A stretch of DNA of 64,000 nucleotides from Bolinopsis microptera (lineage: Eukaryota), in the NCBI RefSeq assembly GCF_026151205.1, contig NC_087076.1:16453142-16517141 (forward strand). The letters run 5' to 3'. Below the pieces are notes generated by a model. The model searched no databases and was not told where the DNA came from. It was given only the letters and a program-made list of their open reading frames with translations. The translations under genes were made by a program, and so were the position numbers. Of this stretch, positions 23,137-35,610 are shown in pieces (position 1 is the stretch's first letter; the number at the start of each line of letters is the position of its first letter).

Positions 23137-23166
<30 letters not shown>
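21175..23166 (+). repeat. Composite repeat, copy 2, same orientation as copy 1. Parts in order: hairpin module plus (GGACATAGRCG)n; unique segment; a 1.55-kb pyrimidine minisatellite; GTCCGCTAATGTCC repeats; a 28-nt poly-C
   Basis: The first ~170 bp and the junction sequences (…ttgctaaataaaatgttcaatttttgctgtta…ggggatcatgttttt…taccctatattttca…; …ctcaaaatgtttgtccgctaatgtccacc…) are shared with 9619-11132. The 384-aa ORF at 21408-22562 is a repeat translation. Confidence 0.7.
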
Positions 23167-23167
<1 letters not shown>

Positions 23168-23219
23168 AAAGTAATAGCATACTTTCTAAACGAAGTAAGA
23201 CAAGTTTAATTTTAGCATA

Positions 23220-23595
23220 ATTTTCAGTTCATTGAGTAGAGATGACGATGACGATATCGCCCACGAGTTTTGGGAAGAAACGAAACATAGAGACGGAAAA
23301 ACTCGAATGAAACGTGTCCTCAAAACTTATCCACTGGTAACCAACAATTTAAAGATTTTGACATAACTTTATTTTTTACTTCCCGTGATTGAGGCATGAC
23401 AAAGGAACGTGTTCATTTCTGACTACAATCTAACCTATTAAATGACAACATCACTTTCAGGGATTTGTGAAATTGCCAGTTCCCTGTTTACATCCTGACT
23501 TCACGAGGGTGATGCTACCGAACTACGATATAATGGGCAAACTACAGTGCCGGAATGAACCTGAAGAGGAGGAGGACATAGCAAACGAAACATGA
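23220..23595 (+). CDS. Two terminal exons of an unidentified gene (…DDDDIAHEFWEETKHRDGKTRMKRVLKTYPL / GFVKLPVPCLHPDFTRVMLPNYDIMGKLQCRNEPEEEEDIANET*). Possibly the 3' end of the 16.4-19.7 kb gene
   Basis: Open segments with AG acceptors and a GT donor, ending at a stop at 23593-23595. Weak. Confidence 0.2.
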
Positions 23596-24007
23596 AGAGC
23601 TGAGAAACTGACAAGCTGGCTTGATCTGATGTTATCTTGTTTTTGTTTTCATGTCTTTGTGTGCTTTGCCGTCTGGTTGATCTACCTCGGAGTGTATTTA
23701 CTTTAATCAAGAGATCATATATCAAGAGAAAGGTGACTGAGTAGGGTTCAGCTTCAAGTTCTAGTTAATTACCTTGAAGGTTCCTTTAATTTATATTATT
23801 TACATCTATCTCCTTATTATATTAATTGTTTATTATCGTTTGTCATAGGAATGAATATCTTTTATTGACTCCAACGGGCTAATCATTTTCATTTATCTTC
23901 AATGATTTGGTTCCTAATTTACTAGCTGTTTATCGTAAGGTTATCTCATACTATATCGTTCTTGGAACGTTAACTACAAACGTTTTCTAAATTAGTATGG
24001 AATCGAA

Positions 24008-27000
24008 ATGGTAAATCTGTTCCAAGGCGATGTCATCTTTATCGATGGAACCAGCTACAATTTCAAAACAAAATCTCGGATTAAAAACACGGTCATCGAT
24101 GGCGGAGGACAAGTTTCATTTTCTTTGAACAAAAAGGTCAGAATTTCTAGTTTATTGAAATTTAAATAGCACCAGGATTCACATAAATCTATTTATTATG
24201 GCTTAGCTGTATTACAGCTGTGTAGTGTGTTAACTGGAGGTGGCCGGTGGTGAGCTAGTCGACAGCAAAACTAATGATAATAATAAAATATTGATATAAC
24301 AGGTCAGCTGTGTGCTAAGTTCGGACGTGCTAAAGTTTAAAGCCAGCTCTAGAGGGGGAACCTGCAAGAAGCTAGGTATTCCTGTCGTGTCGGAACGTTA
24401 TGTTGATGAGTCTTCTGCTTTAGGCATCAAACAGGTTTTAAAGTATATTTGAATCTTTCATGGGTTTTCCAATCGTCCTTAGGGGTCGTTCACATATTAC
24501 GTAATCAGCCGAGGGGGGGGGGGGGGGTTATATGCTTACGGTTGATTAGCTAATAGCTCACTCTTTAAAGGTTGCCTAGAAAGTCTGACGTTCTTACTAA
24601 TTTGCCTCTCCATGTTATGATCCTCTTAAATTTTAGAGTTACAGTCAATATGAGGAGTTTAGTGCACAAGAAAGGACGGATTCTGGAAAATTCCAGCTTG
24701 ATCTGGGCGAGGAACCGAGACAAGTCCTCAGTCAGGAGCGAAAGCAGGAACTCCTTTCATCCGGTGAGATCATCTCAATGAATTGGATTCGGACTGTTTC
24801 ACGTTGTCACTCAACCTTTATTTTCTTAACAATTGGTATTTTATGGAGACAATTCGCGGAAGTAGTATAATAGAACAATTCCATATTTTCAGTTACGAAA
24901 TGTGCTGTTGCTACCCTGGACACAACTGGGATGACTAGGCTAAAGCTATGTTATCTGAACAAAACTGAGCTCTGGCTCCGCAATCCGTCGTCTTATCGCG
25001 TCATTAAGCGAGGCGCTAAGACAAATTGTAAAGTTTGGGAGATGTCAGATAGGCTGGAGGCACTCTTTGTGTTCACAACCATCTCAAATAAACACTATCT
25101 GACCCAGCATCTACGCGAAAAATGGTTTGAAGAGAAACCATTTGAGGTAGAACGACTCAATCTGGAATTGAATGTTCTTCCCCATAAAATGAGAGTGTTT
25201 TCCTTGGTTAAATTCCTCTGGGATACCGCTGGGGATGCTTTACATTTACTTCGAGGTTGCCAATTTACCCTCCCGAAACTGGTTCGAATTGAAAGTATCA
25301 TATTGGATTTGATGGAAATCTTGAAAATCGAGCCACATGGTGGACAACTGATAGGAACTCTCGTTAAAGAACTTAGAGCTGCCGGTGTTCCAAATGCTTA
25401 CGCTAACGTTGTGAATTGTAGAGGGGTAAAAGATTTGGTGGTACTGTTGGACTGCATAAGGATTCTTAAGGACAGAATCCCTCTTTCTCAAGGTAAGAGT
25501 CATTCGATACTTCTAATTATAAATTGTAATCAGTCATAATACTTTTATGAATAAATTATTAAAGACGATTTGTGAATAAAGTAAGCAAAAAGTAATTTTT
25601 AAGTGAATGACTTTATGTTTATTTTTTCGCAATCTGGTAAAAGGTATTTCAGGTATCTCCACTGCTGAAGATATCTATCGAGCAGTCGGTTGCAAGATTG
25701 GACTTACTCAAATGGCAAGCAAGGAGGTTCAGTCGGCCATAGAAGCGATTAAGTAATTTAAACCTTCATTTTCCTTACTTTATCAAAAAATTTCCTGTTT
25801 TTTTGGGTTTCATCATCTTAACGAAATCACCTCACAGATCAGACAGTGGTTTCCCCGCAGTATGCTACTCACTAGAACACCCTTCCGCCGTGATGCAACA
25901 AGTCAAATACCCCTCTGCCCCCACTAAAGTTCTCTTCCACGCCACTGCTACCGCTAACGTCTGGGGCGTTTTGTCCAGGGGACTTGTTTTGCCTTGGCAG
26001 GTGGGTTGTGACAAAATGAATAATACTATTCAGCAAGTTGTGTCAGCAGCCACGTCATGTTTAAATATTGTTAGATAAGATAGTAAATCGTGCCTTTCGT
26101 TCTGATTTATTTAGCCGATAGAAAGTGAACTTTACGTTAATTTCCAATCCTGTATCATTAAATGTATGCTACATGTTTGGCAGGTTGAAAACGAACTTGG
26201 TATCATCAGAAGGGATCATGGTCGTCTGGGTCGAGGAATCTACTTATCAGAAAACCCAATGTAAGTACTCTCTACTCAATACTAGATCATACCTGGTAGA
26301 TCTTTTCGGAATTGTACTTTGATTTAAAATTATACCTAAAAGTATGATCATATCAGTCTTTAAGATTCCTCCCTATCTTACTATCTGAGATCTTTTTCAT
26401 TTGCAAAGCTACAACTTAGTAAACCCTCCTAAACTCAGCTCACTTTTCCAGGGACAGCATCAGATACTTGCACCCTACTGAACCTTCTCCCCGAGGAACG
26501 ATGTTTCTAGTGGTGTGTGAGGTGGTAACAGGACACCAGTACGCTACCTCCAAGGAACTGCTCGGTTCCGCTGCTCCTCCCTCTGGGTAGCTATTTTTCA
26601 GTGAGACTTTGCTGTGATTGAATAGAATAAATCAACGTTAGATTCAAGTTAAAAGCATGCTCGAAATTGCCGGGCGTTGTTCATCATCATTACCATCCTC
26701 ATTCCTCTGCCGAACTTACCTTCACTGATATTAAATTGTGTTTAACGCTGCAGATCATTTCAGATACGACAGCGTCGTCTCGACGACCCGTTCTGAGGAC
26801 GATTTGTCCTGTTTCGACTACAAGGAGTTCTGTATATTCGACACTACCCGTCTCAAGATAACCGGACTGATCGAGTTCGCGGTGGTGCCTGATCCGAACT
26901 TTCTGTATCCTCCCGTGCAATTACATCTTCCTTGGATTGATGAGGTGAGGGCATTTTTAAATAGACTGTTCAGTCATTCAGTGTTGGGATGTTTCGAGTT

Positions 27001-30000
27001 TAACGTAATGAATTTAAAACATACAATCATCCTAATTTCCTTGATAAAATGATTTTTATGCAATTCATATTTCTACCAACAGATCTTTTTTTTTAATATA
27101 ACTAGTTTTACTTCTAATTGACCGTTCAATTGATGCGGCAATAATTCAGGAGCCGAAACCAGAAAATGAGGATAAATATGATGATGTAACATCGCTAGAT
27201 ATTGATGACATCTTAGAAGGAACGGTGGTTAAATCTGTGGAGATCGGTCTGTTGGTTCAGGGCAGTCCAGTCCCCCTAACAACTGTCAATGTCGTGGCAA
27301 GCATTACTGATATGGTTGGTAAGTTGGCATGGGTATCCTTTGAGAAGTTGGCGCTTGTCAAGATATTACTTTGGTTGGTGGTGTGGGGAGCAGCTAGCTG
27401 ATTGGTCTATAATAACTATATGTTACACATCTAGCTTTCATATCTTTTATTCACATCTAGTCCCTTCATTCCAGGACAAGTAACAGTTCTACAATCCTAC
27501 ACTAGTTGTTGTGATGAGGAACGGGAGGCTAAGTATGTCTTCCCACTTGACGAGGGCTGTGCAGGTTGGCTAATCTAACGTTATAAGTTAATACGTGAAA
27601 TTGTGATAGCTTTTTTATTGGCTAATTCTTGATTAGCTCTATTGCAATATTATAATCATTCATAATCGCACGGCCTTCGTAAATTATAGTTCCAAAACTA
27701 TATGTTATAATTCAAAAACTATAAAGTTTAGTTCAGAAACTAAAGGAATGTATAATGTATAATGTATATCTTAAACAGTGAGCGGATTTGAGGCGTATAT
27801 AGGAGAGAAACACATAGTTGGTCAACTGAAGAAGAAAGAAGAAGCGAGGCGGGAGTATAGGCAGGCAGTAGCAGCCGGTCATGGTGCTTATCTTATGGAA
27901 CAGGAAGAGCCGGTAAGAAAATAGGGAGAAACGTTTTTCAAGGGAGATACTTTGGAATATTTACCAATACAAGTTGTTCATCAATCATCATACATATCTT
28001 CTAACAAAAATCTAATCATCATTTCAGTTTTGCCATTTGTATTGGGTATAAAGAACATGATTCAGTCATACATTCCATACATCATGTATGTATTCAATTT
28101 TCTATCAATTTCAACCTTATCTGTATCTTGGATTGATAAGGGCCCCTCTACCGCAGGACCTGTTCTCACTTTCACTGGGTAACATTCCGGCTGGCGAGGT
28201 CACCATCCACATCAAGATAATCTATGTCACCGAGTTAACTGTTCTGGACAACGATATACTCTTCACTGGTCTGTATACATCTCTGAGGTTTCGAACATGA
28301 ACTACATTGTGTGGCTTCAATATCCCTTCTAACGTGACCAATATTTCAATGATTAATTCATTATTATTTCGCGGAGTCCGCCCCATTCCCAGCGCCTCAC
28401 CCCGTCCCAAAAATGTTACTTTCATAAAAAATGATAGATGATAAATTTGTGAAGAAAAAAGGGAATAACATTTGAATGATTTCACTTTGTGTGCAGTGCC
28501 GAGTCTGTTGAGCAGTAGCAGCACAGGGTTGGATAAAATGACACAGCTGACAACTGAGACCGACCGCGTGACGTCATCAGAGACCATGTTCAACATATCA
28601 GCTAACATCACCATGCCCTTCAAGATACTGAGTATCTTCTCCTACACCCACTCTCTTAATGTCAAGGTAGAGTTTTATCTGTCAGAGCTGATCGTTTGAG
28701 CACGACGGTTCCGAGTTATAGTTATATTCTGAGTCCTGAGATCTGATATTCTTGGAAAGTTTAAAAAGCTGAAACCCCTATCTTCCTCAGATGACAGATA
28801 CCCTAGCGATGGCTAGATGGTCGGGTGTCCTAGAACCACACCAAGACTTTGAACTTCGTATCTCGGTTTCCGAAGTTAACCGGCCCCGAATGTGGGTAGA
28901 GAAATCCGGTAACACTGAGGCTGCAATGCTTACCTTCTATCCTGATATCTCTGTTAACTCCGTTGGAGGCAGAGTTAACGTCAAGATTATCATAGACTGC
29001 TCTAAGTCCATGAAACTCAAATGGAAAGGTTAGGATTAATTCCCACGTACCGTATTCCTAACCATTATGTTATGTTTGTGTCAAATATTATTAGGGTTAA
29101 CAGGGTTAACGTAGTTACACGTCAAAACAAGTGCCCCATTTTCAGGTGAGTCAGCGGGGTTATTACTACTTCTGCAAATACAGAATGAAACTTTGATTAA
29201 ATTGTAGTTATTTGATAATTAACTTACTTAACATTATACCATCCAGATACGATCCAGCAAGCGCTGTTGTTGGTGGAACGTTTGCCAGGAGAGTGCTGGT
29301 TTAATGTGTCCAGTGTTGGGGTAGGACCTGGTATTGAGTGTTTTCCAGTTTATTGTCGCGTGACCGCAACAAGCAAGAAACATGCTGTTCACTTTTTAAA
29401 GGTTTGTGCTGGTGTATCAGGGGCTTTTGTTGGCCAAGTAAATCAGCCGAGTCACCATTTATCCGTCAGACGATCGCCAAAAATGGCTTTTTGATTTTTT
29501 TTTATTGGTTAATGTCTGGGAGATTAGGAGGCGCCGTAGTATGACGTCCAAGTCACTGTTCCCAACAGAGAATCGAATTTGACGGAGAAACTTATATAAA
29601 AACTTTTCCAGCACATCCTGAAGCCTGGAGAGTACTGCACCGAACTGTGGAGCATGGTTTACAACGAGTATCTGCTGAGTAAAGATAGCCAGGATATAGT
29701 GAACATGGTGTTTGTTAGTGACGGTGTGGTGACACAACCTGATCTCTGTCTTAACCTGGCTGCTGTTCTCCCATCCAACATCCGGTTCTTTTCTGTGTTG
29801 ACCAGGTTTGTCGGGCGTAAAGATGTAGTCAGGGTTGAAGTGGAGTCTTGATATATAGCAATGTTTTTGCAATGACTTCATGAAGTCAAGTTGTAACTAA
29901 ATGAATTTAGTTACAACTTGTTAAGCAAAATTTGCCCAAAATGTTTTATTTAATATTTAATATAACGTGATATAACCCTATAATCTGATTGGTCTCCACA

Positions 30001-31565
30001 AAGATCAGATTGATATATTGCAGTCGTATTTTAATAATTTTATGATAGTTAGGTAATTGAAACGGGGATTGCCGTTAAACATGATACCCCCACAGAGAGG
30101 ACGGAAACAAACATTTCTTACAAGCATTAGCAAAACAAGGCAGCGGCTCCTTCCTCTTCCTAAACTCCAAGGAAAAGGGGAAATGGATGAACACGGTTTG
30201 TTCGATAATGACTATGTTCGTTTGTTCGTTCGTTTGCTGATGTTTTATCTCTTTTAATGTTCATGTTAGACGTAAATAGTTTGTCGGAAATAATAGTCAC
30301 TGTCACCAACTTGTAGCCAACATTGTGCTAATTTAATCGTTCGTCCAATATTTGCTACAAGTTGGTCACTAACGTATAATCATCAAATATATATATTTCA
30401 CCCTCATGATATTTGCAGAAATCACGTCCTTCAACCAAGTAAACTTTTTTTTCTAACAGTCGAGTCACGATTGATAATTTTAAAAGTAACTTGTACAGAT
30501 ACCCTAGTTTCACTTCTCCAGGTGGGGATTCTGTATGAAAAGTGCAAAGAACCAGCGTTGGACGAAGTTCAGTTAAAGTGGAATATGTACAACAGCGGAG
30601 ACACTGTTAATCAGGCTCCCCTGCTCATATCATCTCTCTTCAACAAACACAGACAGGTTTGTATCTTGATCTTAGAAAAGCCAAATGTCCGCTCTATCCT
30701 CCCAGATCCTGACTTAACTGTTTCAAACACCCTCACACTCACAGCTTCTGAAAACTTCAGATAGTGTACGGATACGTGCCCAACTGCAGATCAGCGTCTC
30801 TTCTCGCTCATCTTGGAGATCAGGTGTTGGACACGCTAGTCAGTGTGGAGGAACTTAATGTTAAGCAAGGTTTGAGGGAATCTCTTATCAATTTTTAGCT
30901 GAAAAGTTAATTTCCTACTCGTTCAGGTCGATGGGGAAGATTTTGGGATTTTGGATTGCCTGTTAATGTTCTTATTTCAAAACCGACTCGTAATATAATA
31001 CCAATCATGACGCGGCGTCATCAATTTTAAATTGATCCAATTATCAAATTAACCAGTTAGCTAGAACTTCAAACTACCCAATGATCAGGGAGTGTATTAC
31101 ACAAGCTTACTGCTCGAGCAATGATAGATGATTATGTAAATGGGGTCATGAGCGAGGACCAGAGACTACACGAGGTAAATCTCTATTTTATATTTCACTA
31201 ATAATACACTACAAGAGATCTTGTTAGGATATCAAAACGAAAGACATAACGTGCAGAACTCACTAAACTTGTACAACAATATCTGCAATTTATAATCCAA
31301 AAATTTGAAGTGGACTACGAAATTTTCACATTAAACTTAATTTTTACTTAAACTACTTCAGAGCCAGCAGCGCAAGAGAAAAGATGAAATAATATCTTTA
31401 TCCCTGGAACACTCTGTAATATCGCCCTTCACCAGCTTTGTAGCAGTTGAGGAGCGAGGTGAGGGTGAGGTGGTTCAGAAAACTGTAGATGTTGAGACTC
31501 TCCTGTCAGAGATCAGAGTGGACTGCATTCCTTACGTTGGGTACTCGGACGTTTCAAAGTTAGAG
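24008..31565 (+). CDS. PARP4: PARP4 (vault poly-ADP-ribose polymerase) homologue, multi-exon; span includes introns. Domains: BRCT (24008 to about 24460), PARP regulatory and catalytic (about 24930-26900), VIT (about 27130-28300), vWA (about 28790-29850), and a post-vWA region up to 31565
   Basis: Strong segment-wise matches to human PARP4. Window segments with their human counterparts in parentheses: GGQVSFSLNKK (GGKFSFSLNPQ); LFHATATANVWGVLSRGLVLP (LLHGSRSQNFVGILCRGLLLP); GRGIYLSENP (GSGIYFSDSL); YDSVVSTTRSEDD…KEFCIFD (YDSVHGVSQT…DEFVVYK); KYVFPLDE…GFEAYIGEKHIVGQLKKKEEARREYRQAVAAGHGAYLM (KYIFPLDD…GFEAFINGKHIVGEIKEKEEAQQEYLEAVTQGHGAYLM); RMWVEKSGNTEAAMLTFYPD (RMWVEKHPEKESEACMLVFQPD); IIDCSKSMK (ICLDCSSSMEG); FVSDGVVTQPDL (LVSDGHLQDESL); FTSFVAVEERGEGE (FTSFVAVEKRDENE). 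Start ATG at 24008. Confidence 0.8.
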
Positions 31566-31858
31566 GTTGGAAGAGTCGCATTTTTTTAATTTTTAATAAC
31601 TTGCCATGTATGATGTACAATGTACATTGTGCAATGTACATCTTTAAGATGATTTTTGGCAGTGTGTAGCCTCTTATATGTGTACATTGTATATCTTACC
31701 TGGTTCTATTGACGGAAGCATGTTAAATTGTGTGATTTTCTCATCGTTTTGGTACTCAAAGTTGGAAAATTTTTGACCCACTATTTAAATTTTATCAGTA
31801 AAACTTGTTATTGATGGTGACTCGACTACAGTAATGAGTAAATTGATTTTTTAAATCA

Positions 31859-33851
31859 CAGGTAAGGGAACAGATACGTTGCCCTGATCAGTATGATGAA
31901 ATTATAAGATTGATTGAAAAAAAAACCTCTACGTACAATGTTCCTGACTCACCCGATTCGGATTCTGGTGATTCGAAGACGGAATCCTCGTCTGACGAAG
32001 ACGAAACCGATTACTCAACGGTGGTTCTTGATCTAGGATCTCACAGGATAAAGGGAGGGTTTGCTGGAGATGATGCACCCCGAGCTGTGTTCAAGTAAGC
32101 ACATATAGATAAGAACTACACTTTTGCATTTCATTTCTTTACTTATTTCTTATAGATATCAATATTTCATGCGTATTAACCTAGAAAAGCTCAAAAGCTG
32201 TTAAAAATTATAAAATTTTGTAAAATTCCCCAGATCAGTCATAGCAATACCTGCAGCTCGTGGAGTTATGTTGGGTATGGGCGGCAAAGATTACTTCGTC
32301 GGCGATGAGGCCGTTTGCAAAGCTGGAGTAATGGGAAGACTAGATAATGCATTCGTAGACGAACCATCCAATGTTGACATTTCGGCTCTAAGGACGGAAA
32401 GTCCATTACCCTCCAGCACTGATTCTGAAGGTGAAGAAGAGGGGTCCCGAGTTGGAGTCCCACTAGTTATTGACATGGGTAGTTACATGGTCAAAGCTGG
32501 CTTTGTTGGAGATGATGAGCCTTTTGCTGATTTTCCTCCCCTCGTAGGAAGACCAAGGCATCGGGGGGTTATGGTTGGTATGGGACAGAAAGATTCGTAC
32601 ATTGGTAGTGAAGCGATGTCAAAGCGGGGCATACTAACGCTTACTAACCCTCTTGCTCCACCAAGAAGAACAGCTCAGTCTGTAGATGGTAGTCGACCAC
32701 AACAAGCGCCAACCTATGCACAAGCGCCAGTGTATACACAATGTAGTTCAACTCCTCCTGCCCCACCGGGGGCCCCGTCACCACCTCGTATTTTAGCACA
32801 GAGAGCACTGAGGCGGAGTCTTAGTGGCTGTTCTGCGCCAACTCCACCGGGTGCGCCACCTCCACCATGTGCAGCACCTCCGCCAAGTGCGCCACCTCCG
32901 CCAGGTGCGCCACCTCCGCCAAGTGCGCCACCTCCACCATGTGCGCCATTACGAGCACCGTCACCACACGCACGGCCACAACAAAGAGCAGCTACAATGT
33001 TATTCGGTTCAGCTCGAGGGCCAACTTCAGCTCTTGCCCCAAAGATGGAAATGTCTAATAGACCTGGATCAATGTTTGGAAGTTTAAGTTTTGGTGCTAC
33101 CCAGTCACTTTCCCGACCACTATATACAATAGGTGCACTACCATCACCAGATGCACGGCCATCATCAGACGGAATGTGTTCTTCTTCACGACCAATCACT
33201 GCCGCTGCACCGTTAGTCAAGAGTAAAGAATCTTCCCTTTTCTCTCAGCCTAAGTTTAGAAAGTCCCCAGATTCATGGCCAACACCGTCTACATCAAACA
33301 TCTGTGGGAGTTCTAATTTTGGTGGCTCAGAAGCACCTCCACAATTTGGAGGTGTGTATGTCTCCCAGGCACCACCACAACCTGGATCAATGTCTGGAAG
33401 TTTAAGTTTTTGTGACGCACCATTTTCAAGTGAGGATGAAGAAGTGAAGTTAATGCAGAATTATCCTCCAGGAAAGGGGTTAGGGAAGGGAGGTTCGGCA
33501 CTATCCCGACCACATGTCTCACAGGCACCACCACCACCACCCCAGGCACCATCACCACCTACATCATTCATGTGTACTATAGGGAGTGATCCAGTTGATG
33601 GTCCACAGAAAAGGTTTGCAAGGTTCAACACCAACAACAACACTTTAGCTAAAAAATCCAGTCCAGCACTGGCACAGGATCTACAATCACGAAGACAGGT
33701 GATCAAGAATGAAAAAGTATCTGATGATGTTACTTCCGATACTGATGAATGGGATAGCTCCAGCAGCAGTTATTCTGGAGCTAATATCGGATACAGTAAT
33801 GACAGAAAATGTTTTACTGCGGAGGTAAATTTTCAATTTTCTACGCCATAG
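31859..33851 (+). CDS. Two or more exons in frame with the last recognised PARP4 exon (frame compatibility between the 31565 donor and the 31859 acceptor was not checked). They encode two tandem actin-N-terminus-like modules (about actin residues 8-73), a poly-proline FH1-like tract ([11 protein letters not shown] x7) and a Ser/Gly-rich tail. Most likely the C-terminal linker of PARP4, but possibly a separate gene
   Basis: Acceptor at 31858 (cacag|GTAAGG) and donor at 32095 (TTCAAG|gtaagc). Module 1: [25 protein letters not shown]…[27 protein letters not shown]. Module 2: [60 protein letters not shown]. Compare actin: [61 protein letters not shown]. Confidence 0.5.
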
Positions 33852-34289
33852 TAAGAAGTGACTGTACAATGTAGTTCTCCTTGTGTCCAAGTCCAACGAA
33901 CGAATAAGTGAATAACAGTGAATAACTTGAGTTACAAAACGCACAACTGATTTGAGGGCTAAACGTATATTCTTATCTTTTTATTTGAAACATAAAATAG
34001 CATATGCAGAATAAACATAAATGACATTGAAAATATCCCCGCAGACCCCATTAACGTCTGCCCGGAGCATAAATTCGGGAGGGTTGGGCAGTGCCCCACG
34101 CTTCCAATTTATGGCAGGATCTGCGCTCTCTCCTCCACCAATGTCAGCACCCGTCGAAGAGTACTTGGCTCAGGACGAGGTAAGACTTTATTCTGAAAAA
34201 ATCTTATCGGAGAAAGTAGGTCAATCAGTTATTTTGGCATTAGAAGAGTAGTGTGATGCTATCCCATGAGAGTTCGACTTCCGTGGCTA

Positions 34290-35610
34290 CGTTAGTTAAA
34301 GGTGCACGTACAGTTCGTCACGTACGGAAGTTCGACACGCACTAAAGTTCGACAAGGCTGTCGAAGACACGCACTAAAGTTCGACTCTGTCGAACTTTGG
34401 TGCGCTACTTGGACTATAGTTCGACACGTACTGAAGTTCGACAAGGCTGTCGAATCTCAGTTCGATACCTGAACACTAGTCCTTCCACTTTTTCTGTTGA
34501 GGAGGTGCGGGCTGTCGCATCATCTTCTGGTTAATCTTACAATCCGTCAGATCTTGTTCCTTCTTCAAGACATCTATGAAGCGCAGAATAGTGGGATTAG
34601 TGCACTCGAAGGACTTCTCATCGCGCTTTCTGTTCAGGTAATACCGGTATCCCTCGTGGATGACGTTACGGGAGCCAGAACTGCGACCAGGAATGAAGGT
34701 GATGCATGGTAAAAACATGATGTTCGATACTAATGTTCATGTTGTACCTTATATACACATTAATGTACCGTCACTATTGTGACGGTACATTAGAACCAGA
34801 CAGAAACAAAGTGTGAAGGGCCTGATCGGAACCCCTCGGTTTAAGTTCCTTGTTTAACACTGCCGTACAGCAAGGACATTCACCGAGTTCTCCAATCTAC
34901 CATTTCCAACCTATCATCTCAGCATACGAGCTTGTTATCGCAATCAAATGCCGATGTGATCATATAGCGTGCAGCCACAGTCGGTGACCGACAACTGGGA
35001 ACCACTCATTCCGGGCTCCCACAAGTATAACATCACATGGCCCAATCAGTTACGTATCATTTGTATGTGATCCATATTATAACCATCCTAACAGCCGGAC
35101 AAACAAGAACCTGGATAGGGTTCATATGGCAGTTTAGTAAGTAGCTGTGTATTATGAAGTATATTAAGAAGTGTTTGAGCTCTCGGCATGTGTATATTAT
35201 GTTGAGTTTGAACTATCATTATCTTTTAAAAATCTTTGTCTTAATCTTAATTAATGCTGAAATACATACAGCACAGCTGTGAAATCAGTGGAAATCTGAA
35301 TGTTTTAAGTATCTCCAGAGGTTCTTAGTTGTCGGGGATATGTCATGATTGGTTCCTAGTTGTCGGAGCTGATTGGATTTCCCAAGCTTGCATGTATATG
35401 AGTAGCACCAGTGCGTTCCATAAGAACACGAACATCGATATTCGGCCTTCATTAATACCACATGATCTGTTCATGACGTGAACTGTTCGATTACAAGCAG
35501 TAAATGGAGAGGGAAAAATATTTGTCGAACTTTAGTGCACCAAAGTTCGACATGTGTGATTTTTGGCGAACTTTATTTGTCGAACTTCGGTGAGTGCTGA
35601 ACCACAGTAC
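34290..35610 (-). mobile_element. Candidate non-autonomous DNA transposon. Both ends carry clusters of short palindromes built on the motif GTCGAACTTTRGTGC / GTTCGACA, enclosing a minus-strand ORF (34476-34718) with a FLYWCH/WRKY-like motif (HEGYRYYLNRKRDEKSFEC)
   Basis: At least 8 GTTCGACA/TGTCGAAC copies at 34310-34460 and at least 4 at 35515-35600, in both orientations. The ORF is only weakly FLYWCH-like: W is replaced by F and no trailing His is present. Lies inside a probable intron. Confidence 0.3.
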
